Source: Eledone cirrhosa (taxonomy: Eukaryota). From it: a stretch of DNA of 64,000 nucleotides. The position numbers and the translations under genes were made by a program. The stretch is from positions 1 through 64,000 of the forward strand of contig CAXHJY010000133.1 of assembly GCA_964016885.1 (NCBI GenBank), read 5' to 3'. Below are positions 54,308-64,000 of this stretch, in pieces. The notes beneath the pieces were generated by a model. It made no database searches and was not told the DNA's origin. It worked only from the letters and a program-made list of their open reading frames with translations. Within the stretch, counting starts at the first letter, position 1; each line of letters opens with the position of its first letter.

Positions 54308-54464
54308 ATATGTGTCTGTGTATGTGTATGTATATATGTCTATATGTATTTGTGTGTATATGTATACACATGTATATTTGTGTTTGTATGTAGGCGTGTG
54401 AGTGTATTTATTTGTGTATATATGTGTGTGTGTGTGTATGTATGTGTATGTGTGTGTGTATGTG

Positions 54465-54495
<31 letters not shown>

Positions 54496-54552
54496 ATGTG
54501 TATATATATATATATATGTGTGTGTGTATGTGTGTGTATATGCTTATATATA

Positions 54553-54607
<55 letters not shown>

Positions 54608-55201
54608 GTATGTGTGTATGTATATGTGTGTGTACATGAATATATTTTTATATATGTGTGTGTGTTTTTATGTGTGTATATGTGTTTGTGTGTGTGTTTA
54701 TGGTTGTGCGTAAGTGTGTGAGTGAGTATGGGTCTTTGTTTTTTTGTGAATGTGTCTGTTGATTTTTTGGCATATAGTTGATTAGTTTAAGAGAAGTTCG
54801 AAGATAATAGTAAGATATGCACTCAGTATTTTGAATCTGTCTGCAGAATTCTCTAGACCTTTGTCACTTAGTAGAACCTTAATGATTTTAGCTTTTAAAG
54901 AATCTCCCTTTTCTTTAATTCTATCGACCATGACTGACCCCCCACTGATTTTATAGACATCTGTTAGCTTAAGAGAAACTTAATGACAAGGAATGGTATG
55001 CCATCCGGAACCTGTTTATAGAAATCTGTCTGCCCTTGTTACTCTAAAAACATAAATAAATAAAAATAAACTATAGCTTTGTAGAATTAGCTTTTAATGA
55101 ATTCCCTTTTCTATCAACCAATGACCTGCACCCATCCCACTCCCCACCCTCTCCTACCACTTGTAGAGACCTATAAATACCATATTTATTTTTTGATACC
55201 C

Positions 55202-55252
55202 AGATTCCTGATGATTTCTAATGAATGAAACAGTTCTAGTCCTGTAGAATCT
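55202..55252 (+). ncRNA. Type-I hammerhead motif (family A)
   Basis: AGATTC-CTGATGA-tttctaatgaat-GAAA-CAGttctagtcCTG-TA-GAATCT. Confidence 0.8.
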
Positions 55253-55264
55253 CTTCTATATTAA

Positions 55265-55301
<37 letters not shown>

Positions 55302-55468
55302 CTGTGTGTCTGCATGTGTATATGTAAGTATGTGTGTATGTAAATGTGTGTGTGTGTGTATGCAAGTATGTGTATGTATTTGTGTAAGTATATGTATGTG
55401 TGCATATGTATGGGTAAGTATATGTATATGTGCAAGTATATGTATTCAGGTGTTTATGTGTGTGTGTG

Positions 55469-55516
<48 letters not shown>

Positions 55517-55867
55517 TACATGTGTGTATGTAAGTTTGTGTGTATGTATATGAGTATTTATGATTATGTATGAATGTATATGTATGTGCAAGTATATGTA
55601 TGCAGGTGTTTTTGTGTGTGTATATATATATGTCTACATGTGTGTATGTAAGTTTGCGTGTATGTATATGAGTATGTATGTATATGTATGGGTGTGTATA
55701 TGTATGGGTAAGTATGTATGTGCAAGAGTATATATGTGTATGTATGTATATATGCATGTGTTTAGGTGTGTGTGTGTATCTATGTATGTGTGTATATATA
55801 TATATATGCATGAGTATATGTTGTTGTTGTTGCTGTTGTTTAGCCCTATTTTTATTTAATAATAATA

Positions 55868-56755
55868 ATTGTTTCTTATTTAGGCACAAGGCCAGCAACT
55901 CTGAGGGAGGGAAAAGTCGATTAAATCAACACCAGTGCGTTACTGGTACTTTATTTTATTGACCCTGTAAAGATGAAAAGCAAAGTTCACCTTGGCGGAA
56001 TTTGAACTCAGAATGTAAAGGTGTGAAACTCTATGCTGCAAGGCATGTTGTCTGACACTCTACCGACACTGCCAAACCACTGTCCTAAAGCTAAAATAAC
56101 AGCAGCTATCAGACCACAGCATTTATAAACAAAATATATATGAATTAACCCTTTAGCATTTAAACCAGCTGTAACCAGCCAGAATTCTCTCACCTCTTTC
56201 TGTTCAAACTAGCCAAAACTGGCTGTTCATACTGATGTTAAGGTATTTTTCTCAAAATAAATATCAAAATGTCATAGATTTGATATTATGTGAGATAATT
56301 ATGAAAGATAAAGAAAGCCTTTACCATGAAATTACAATAGTGAATATAGAGTATTTTAACTACTAAAGAGTTAAAACGACCCCCAGTGCATGACTGGTAC
56401 TTTATTTTATCGACCCTGGCTGGATGAAATGCAAAGCTAACCTTGGCGGGATTTGAACTCAAAATGTAAAAGTACAAAACTCTATGCCGCAACGCATCTT
56501 GTCCGACGCTCTACCAATTCTGCCAACCCACTGCCCTAAAAGTAAAATAATTGCTTCTACTTTAGGCACAAGGCCAGCAATTTGAAGGCAACTGGGGAAG
56601 TCGATTAAATCTGGTACTTTATTTTATCGACCCTGTAAGGATGACAGCCAAAGCTAACTGCGGTGGGATTTGAACTCAGAATGTAAAGGTACGAAACTCT
56701 ATGCTGCAAAGCATGTTGTCCAATGCTCTACCGATTCTGTCCAATGCTCTACCGA
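55868..56755 (-). mobile_element. Cluster of three older SINE family 1 copies
   Basis: Copies at ~55868-56085, 56375-56536 and 56548-56755. Confidence 0.8.
56149..56370 (-). mobile_element. piggyBac-like MITE, single-unit diverged copy
   Basis: TTAA at 56145-56148 and 56371-56374. Reverse complement of 13941-14159 with one decayed TIR (tactaaagag). Confidence 0.78.
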
Positions 56756-57140
56756 TTAAAAGTAAAATAATAACAACAGCTACTAGAGCCTCAGAGTTTA
56801 TTATAAACAAAAAATATACGAATTAAGTTAAGTTTATTCTAAATTCAACGAAAGATTTCTGACTTTGAATCTTATCTGAAACAACTCCAGTGCTCGGGTC
56901 AAGGGTCAAGGCTTTTATTTTTAAAAACAAGATTGCAGATTTGATAAGATTCATCATCGACATTATCATCATCATCATCAACATTGTCATTGTCATCATC
57001 ATCATCATCATCATCAACATTATCATTGTCATCGTCATGATCATCATCATCGTTAATTTAACTTGTGGTAGGAGGGTTCGCTATCTGGGTGGTTGTCTGT
57101 TCCTACGAATGCTGTGGTTTCACCCTTTAGCATTTACATT

Positions 57141-57856
57141 ACTCTATATATACTATTGTATTTTCACAGTAAACGCTTTATTTCACATAATATCTCACAT
57201 AACATTTACATTACTCTATATATACTATTGTATTTTCACAGTAAAGACTTTATCTTACATAATATCTCACATAACATTTACATTACTCTATATATACTAT
57301 TGTATTTTCACAGTAAAGACTTTACCTCACATAATATCTCACATATCATTTACATTACTTTATATATACTATTGTATTTTTACAGTAAAGGTTTTATCTT
57401 ACATAATTATCTCACATAACATTTACATTACTCTATATATACTATTGTATTTTCACAGTAAAGGCTTTATTTCACATAATATCTCACATAACATTTACAT
57501 TACTCTATATATACTATTGTATTTTCACATTAAACACTATATTTCACATAATATCTCACATAACATTTACATTACTCTATATATACTATTGTATTTTCAC
57601 TGTAAATGCTTTATTTCACATAATTATCTCACATAACATTTACATTACTCTATATATACTATTGTATTTTCACAGTAAAGACTTTATCTTACATAATATC
57701 TCACATAACATTTACATTACTCTATATATACTATTGTATTTTCACTGTAAAAGCTTTATTTCACATAATTATCTCACATAACATTTACATTACTCTATAT
57801 ATACTATTGTATTTTCACAGTAAACGCTTTACCTCACATAATATCTCACATAACAT
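57141..57856 (+). repeat. 72-bp tandem array, 10 units left of the LINE
   Basis: Unit starts (actctatata) at 57141, 57213, 57285, 57357, 57430, 57502, 57574, 57647, 57719 and 57792. Confidence 0.95.
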
Positions 57857-58065
57857 CTCGTATACGAGAGATGTGTGTTGACGTGTGTGAACAAGCTCGG
57901 ATACCGAGTCGGATTTACTTACTCAAAAGTGAGTTTTGATTAATTTTTTATACTGTAATATACGTTAACCCCTTGCCTTGGTCGTCAAACTTTGAGTTTA
58001 TTTATTTTCGCCCCCTTTTGGGGCGAATTTTCCAGTTAAAAATTTATTACGGCAAACTAATAGAA

Positions 58066-59788
58066 ATGGACGGAATTTTCACATCTCATCCTAACGTGAA
58101 AGCCACGCCCCCTAAGAAAGGTGATACAGAGAAGCTAGAAGCACAAGGCTCTAAGTCTTCCCTCCTCACTTCTGCAAAAGAAACATGGAACACAGAATTA
58201 AAAGAAAAATTTGTAAAAATGGGTGAAAACCCAGAAAGTCACATAAACGCAGACAAAAACAACAATGACAATAACAGCAATAGTCACAACACCAACCAAG
58301 GAAAAAATAACGATAACACCAAACAAAGCGAACCCACTACTGGTGCCTCCTTTGCACAGGCGGTCCGGAAAACACAAACCTGCAAGCAACTGGACATTAC
58401 AACTCTGAGAGAAAAGATGAAGGAAGCGAAACAGTATGTAACTTTCAAAGAAGGAGGAGACTTCACAATCACCTCCCCACAAGAAATCAAAAGAGACACG
58501 ACGCTAAGAACGATATCTTTCAGAACAATTTCCAACATAACAAGGAAACCAGCTCAATTATCCCAAAAAGAGATTGAGCTGGTCCTAAAAAATGTGTGGA
58601 GTGATATATCGTTCATACAAAAAGGGCCACTCTATGGGAATATAACGGTCCTAATGAAGGATCAATTGACGGCCAGGAAATACTCTGTGGCGCCAATTGT
58701 TTCCAAGCTACATACATTTTTCCCCACATATTTAGGGAAAAGAACGCAGAAAATAAGGGTCTCCGGAATCCGGCCAAATGCATGCATTTCCTGGGTACTA
58801 ACAGGATTTTTAGAAGACGAGGACAGAATCCTCTCAGTAGGAGAAGTCACCACAGACGTTTTCGGCGTTTTGTGCGTGGAGGTTCTGGTCCAAATGAGAC
58901 CAGAACGAATAGCTAGAATACCACAGAGGGTGTCCCTCGATGGAGAAACATTTATATACATTTCAGCCGAGGGTAGGAGGCCCATATGTTACTACTGTTC
59001 AAGCAGGGGTCATCTAAGGGCTGCTTGTCCTCAATTGACAAAAAAAAAGGCTCTTTTACCTACACCCCACACACCACCACCGCCACCACCACCACCTCCA
59101 CCACCACCACCACAACAACAACAAAAACAACACGGAAAAATAACACAAGACACGGCCCCACCCAAAACAACTCCCAAAACACACACAAATACAACAAAAC
59201 CCCAAAATACACCACTACCCGACAGCACGGACGAGGACCCAGCTGAAACGGCACCTAGTGACGAAGAGGGGGAACCCTTCCAACCTGTAAAAAGGAAAAA
59301 AAGAAAGCACCACTCGAACATAAACGAAACAAACACACAACCACCAACAAAAACAAAACAAACAGAACAAACAAAATCCGCCCCACCCCAAAACATAACA
59401 CATACAACAAAACGTAAGCATACACAAGAACAACAAACAAACACAACACAAATAAAACAGTATACATACATTAACACAAATAACAAAGAACTAGTAAAAA
59501 CAATACACGGTGGAAACTGAAGGGCAATTCTTTGCAAGCGCGGCCAACAAACTGCATTTAAAAATGATAAGACTCCCAATGGACACCTATGCAAAACTAA
59601 GAGAGAACTTTCCTGAGGACATGGGGAAAACATGTACTCAACCCTATAACCGCGTCCTCTTGAAACGTTTCCCCACCCACACCTCACCAAACACCCCCAC
59701 TCCACCACAGAACAACACCCCACCAAACAACCCCTCCAATACGCCCATGGATATTGTGCAACCTGCTCTTCAGGAGCCGAACAGGTAG
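58066..59788 (+). pseudogene. LINE ORF1 (gag-like, CCHC zinc knuckle); main frame ends 59520, probable frameshifted C-terminus to 59788
   Basis: SFAQAV motif, CYYCSSRGHLRAAC (CX2CX4HX4C), basic FQPVKRKKRK segment. First ATG at 58066. The overlapping frame 59510-59788 ends 21 bp before ORF2. Confidence 0.8.
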
Positions 59789-59809
59789 GTCCTTCCTCTT
59801 TTAACCAAC

Positions 59810-62800
59810 ATGGCTGATATAAGAGTTGGGTGTCTGAATGTACGCGGCCTGGGACTGTCTTGGAAACAAGGCAAACTTTTAAACGATCTCAGGTCGCATA
59901 GAATGGATGTAATGGCTATTTGCGAGTCCAGGATCAGCAGCGAGCACCAACTGGCGCCCCTCTTCGACGACTTTGAGATCTTCGCATCTCTCTGTCAACC
60001 GGGGGGTGGAGGTGGAGTTGTCGTTCTGCTGCGAAAACACCTGGGCCTCGCCATACAGAAGGTGCACCTGGACCCGGAGGGTCGACTGGTGGTTTTAGAC
60101 GTCGGCAGTTGTGAAAGTGGAGCCCTTAGACTAATAGCTGTGTACGCCCCTTTTTGGGCAGCGCGGCGGAATACTTCCAACGTCTGGAAACTTTTCTGGG
60201 AACGTCCCGCTCCTTGCTTTTAGTGGGGGACTGGAATGGTATCCTGGATGCACGTTGGGACTATGTAGGGGCATGTGCCAATAGAGGGTGGTGTAAAAGC
60301 CTCAAAAGGTTAATCGGCCGATTTGACCTGGCCGATAGATATCGACTAGATTTTCCGACTGTACCACTATGGACGTGGACCAATCGCAGCGGAACATCTA
60401 GGTCGTACCTAGATAGGGTCCTAGTTAGAGAGAAGGATAGGGACACATTTAGCTGTCCAAAAATGTTCATGGTTGACTATTCGGATCACAAGTTAGTGAC
60501 CTGCATAGCCAACCTTGATAGAACCCATAGACAGGGACCCGGTTACTGGAAGCTGAACTTGTCCTTACCGAGAAGCAAAGCTTACAGTAAACGGATTAGC
60601 ACGTTAGTTAAGCAGAGTTTGACAGGGGCAATTGTCAACAACAGGTGGTGGAGCTCTCTTAAGAGAGCAATTAGAATAGAATCGATAGGTTTTAGTCAGG
60701 AATTAGCAAGGGATAGGAACAAGACGGAAAGGGAATTAGTAGATAGAGTAGAAGAGGCGATTAGGAGTGGCAATGTAGCCGGCGTGCTGGCATCAAGAAT
60801 GGCCTTAGACCAGTTCTTTGAGGTGAAGCATGAAGGCTGCGTTGTCAGGAGTAAAATACGTGCTCTGGGTAATGAGGGAGCCAAAGCTGTGAGCTGGGCC
60901 CGAGTGACAGAGGCAAAAAGTGGGAACAAGTCCACAATTCGGTCTTTGAAGGACCAGGATGGGCGTGTGATCCTTGAACCTGGGCAGATGTGTGCGGCCT
61001 TTCAGCGGCACTTTGCACGACTGTTCGAGAGGGGCAGCGCGCCGGGTGAGACTATGGATTTCAATCCATACCTCGACGGTCTGCCGCGCCTCTCGGATGC
61101 GGAGGCGAAGTCCTGCGAAAGGACGATTTCAGGTGCTGAGATAGGGGCGGCAAACGCAAATCCCCGGGTCTCGATGGTCTACCATACGAGCTATATGTAG
61201 CGATGCCGGACTTGTTCTCCGATATCCTCGAAACGGTCTACTGCAACTGGCAGCAGAACGGGAGAATTCCCAGTTCTGTGACCAAGGGCGTAGTTACGCT
61301 GGTGAGGAAGGATGAGAACAAGGGGGATGACATAAGTAACTTCAGGCCCATAACTCTGCTAAATACAGAGTTAAAGATTTTGGCCAAGGTGTTAGCGAAA
61401 AGGTTGGCGCTTGTCGTTGGAAACCTGGTGGGAGAAGCGCAGACATGCGCAATCCCGTCCAGGTCCATTCACGACAATCTCCACCTTATGCGATACATCA
61501 TAGAGAGGGTAGGGAATGAACCCGGCTTTGGTGGGGCCCTGATCAACTTGGATCAATCTAAAGCTTTCGATAGGGTTGACCATCGTTACCTGGATGCGGT
61601 GCTCGCGGCAGCAGGCTTCGGACCTGTTTTCAGGGGTTGGATTGCTGCGATGCACAGCAGCAACGTCTGCTCAAGGGTCAAGGTGAACGGCCACCTCTCG
61701 GAGCCGTTCCAAATCATGCGATCCATCCGACAGAGATGCCCTCTCTCCTCCCTACTGTATGTGCTGGCTCTTGAGCCACTACTGCGGAAGTTGGAGCGGT
61801 TGCAGGGCATCCCTTTGGAACCGGGATTGCAGAAAGCGGCGTCGGCCTACGCCGATGACGTGACAGTAATGGTGTCGAAAACCTCGCAAATCGGCACCTT
61901 ACTGGAGGAATATGAAAGGTTTACAGGAGCCAAGCTGAACCGGGACAAGTCCGTCGGTTTGCAACTCGGAACATGGAGAGGCAAACCGATGCCCTCCAAC
62001 GACGTCGTCGGACGCTGGACGGAGGGCCCGGTGAAGCTGCTTGGGGTCTGGTTCGGACCAGACCTCCAGGTGGAGAAAAACTGGAACGAGGTAATGGCCA
62101 GGGTGTTTGCACTCACCCAGAAGTGGGCCCAGTGCAAACTATCCCTGAAAGGTCGAGCGGAGGTGGCGAATACTTATATAGCATCCGTCATCTACTACCG
62201 CTTGACCGTCGTGCCATGCCCAGTGAAAAGACTCGCCAAAATGGAGTGCGCGCTGTTCCAATTTCTTTGGAACAAGCGGACCCCTTTGGTGAGGAGATCC
62301 ATCTGCTGTCAACACCCTTCGAAAGGAGGGCTGGGGATGCCGTGGCTACAGATGCGTAAACACGCATTAAGGCTACGGCACCTCCAGGTATTCCTCACCG
62401 GTCAACCGGTGTGGACCCCGTTTGTGAGGCGAGCCTTCCCCAGACTCGTCTCGCTCACCGAGCTGCAATCCTGGGTCAAGCAAAGACCGAGAAAAGTGGG
62501 CGACTGGCACATTGAATGTGCCCAGGCGCTCACGGCCCTCTGGAAAGCGGACCCGGCAATCAGTGGAGACTCCACCTCGACATTCTATAGAGGGTTGGTA
62601 CGCAGCAGGTGCGACGATGCTCTCGGAGAAGCTCTAGGCATGGAGGAAGATGAACTGGCCAGTCTGTTCGGTAGGACGTTTGGCCCTGGACCGATGGACA
62701 ACTTCCAAAAGTCCCTGGCTTGGCAGTGCTACCGAGGGGCTCTACCCGTTCGAGACAAGCTCCACAGGCATGGGAGCCTGGGTAGAGATCCTTTGAATAA

Positions 62801-63221
62801 GATCTGTCCGAGATGCGTGCATGATGACGAAACCGTTGCGCACGCATTCGTACACTGCCCAGGCATTGCTGACCTGTGGGGCTATGTGGAACGACTACTG
62901 TCGAGGGTGGGACCAATCCGGTTGACCACCGAGTCCATTGTCACGATCAAACCGCCTCCCCCTTTCAAAAACGAAGGAGAGGCGGTTTTTCTCTGTGTGA
63001 TAGCCATGGCTAAAGAAGTTGTATGGTGGACGAGGCTGAAAGGGCTGAGGTCAGACACCTTTCTCTCCGGCCAACAACTGGTCCCCTTTTTCAAATACCA
63101 TTTTAAAAGAAGGATCAGAATGGAGAGAGAGGTGCTCTACCCCAGCAAGTTTTATGAAAGGTGGGTGAAAGTAGGGAGAATGGCCAGAGTGAATGGGTCT
63201 TCTCTCTATATCAGCCTGTAG
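59810..63221 (+). pseudogene. LINE ORF2: APE endonuclease, reverse transcriptase and C-terminal zinc motif; frameshifts near 60150 and 61150
   Basis: GCLNVRGL, VYAP, GDWN, SYLDR, SDH, GYWKLN, KSPGLDGLPYELY (frame of 61203), FRPITLLNTELKILAK, DQSKAFDRVDH, RQRCPLS, YADD, CPRC...ETVAHAFVHC. Confidence 0.93.
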
Positions 63222-63458
63222 GTGAAAGAAGAGGAAAAAGAGGAGACGAGGGAAGCACCTACTCTTTGTGTTCCTGAGGAGAAGGGTTGCACATTTTTTC
63301 CGGGGTGTGTGCGACCCATGTTAATGCCCCCTCCCTATTGAGGACTTCGTTTGTTGTTGTTATTTCATTGTTATATTTTTGTACTCGTTAATTATATGTA
63401 AACTTCCCCCCTTGTATCTGTCCCTACCTTTTGTGCCCTAGTGGCAAATAAAGAAACC

Positions 63459-63599
63459 ACTCTATATATATACTATTGTATTTTCACAGTAAACGCTTTA
63501 TTTTACATAATATCTCACATAACATTTACATTACTCTATATATACTATTGTATTTTCACAGTAAAGGCTTTATTTCACATAATTATCTCACATAACATT
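63459..63599 (+). repeat. 72-bp tandem array, 2 units right of the LINE
   Basis: Unit starts at 63459 and 63533. Confidence 0.93.
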
Positions 63600-63747
63600 G
63601 AATCTATGAGATTTTGATATTATTTATTTTTAAAACAATACCTTAACATCAGTATGAGTGACCAGTTACGGCTGGTTTTAACAGAAAGATGTGAGAGAAT
63701 TCTGGCCGGATATGGTTGGTTTAAATGCTAAAGGGTTAATACCATCT

Positions 63748-64000
63748 ATCATTTGTCACCATACTCATCATCATCCTCATCTCCATCATCATCATTATTA
63801 TCCCCGTCGTCATTATCACCATCGTCGGCATGTCATCATCATCATCATCACCATCATCATCAATTATCATCATTAGCACATCATTGTCATCAGCATTATC
63901 ATTGTCAATTTCGTCATCATCATCATCATCATCACTAACATTGTCATCATCATCACTATCATGATCTTTATCATCATAAGCATTATCGTTGTCATAATCC
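63748..64000. repeat. Imperfect (CAT)n tract
   Basis: (ATC)n-rich. A similar tract lies left of the composite at 56950-57052. Confidence 0.9.

Larger units (their letters stand above)
52760..55830. repeat. Large (TA)n/(TG)n/(TATG)n compound microsatellite blocks
   Basis: Blocks at 52760-53877, 54240-54720 and 55268-55830. Confidence 0.92.
57857..63458 (+). mobile_element. Near full-length non-LTR retrotransposon, L1/Tx1 group
   Basis: 5' UTR, gag-like ORF1, APE-RT-CCHC ORF2, 3' UTR ending gtggcaaataaagaaa (AATAAA 63447-63452). Confidence 0.93.
57123..63735 (+). mobile_element. Composite: piggyBac-like MITE with internal 72-bp tandem array interrupted by an L1/Tx1-type LINE
   Basis: 14-bp TIR ccctttagcattta (57123) / taaatgctaaaggg (63735). 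TTAA at 63736-63739 and TTCA at 57119-57122. The right end 63600-63735 matches 14020-14159. Confidence 0.88.

Noticed and set aside
56890-57636. 248-aa ORF with a 24-aa repeat
   Set aside because: It is a product of the (CAT)n tract plus the 72-bp tandem array. The frame breaks at 73-bp units.
57141-57856. 72-bp array as a tRNA cluster or CRISPR array
   Set aside because: There are no A/B boxes, cloverleaf or spacers. The unit is internal MITE sequence.
59031-59726. Antisense ORFs over the LINE
   Set aside because: These are shadows of the A/C-rich ORF1 tail and GC-balanced ORF2, with no recognisable motifs.

Overview
AT-rich, microsatellite-saturated eukaryotic DNA. The SINE families, RTE fragments and (TA)n density suggest a cephalopod, probably an octopod; this is an inference, not a database result. 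Almost all ORFs in the supplied track are simple-repeat artefacts. The supportable content is: (1) the last three coding exons of a minus-strand SH2 adaptor gene of the EGFRAP/PVRAP (tensin-like SH2) type (49286-49200, 44176-44005, 42287-42084), which the ORF track misses; (2) a near full-length, frameshifted L1/Tx1-type LINE (~57857-63458) inserted into a 12-unit 72-bp tandem array that lies inside a TTAA-flanked piggyBac-like MITE, a nested layout that parallels the Xenopus Tx1C composite; (3) minimal type-I hammerhead ribozyme motifs from at least six sequence families, mostly beside (TA)n tracts, arranged as long palindromes or direct repeats (Penelope-pLTR/retrozyme-like), some in sense orientation inside the SH2 gene's introns; (4) an internally deleted Hsmar2-like mariner, several Tc1/mariner MITEs, two abundant tRNA-derived SINE families, RTE and CR1-like LINE remnants, minisatellites and multi-kb local duplications. 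All family assignments come from motif recognition by eye.
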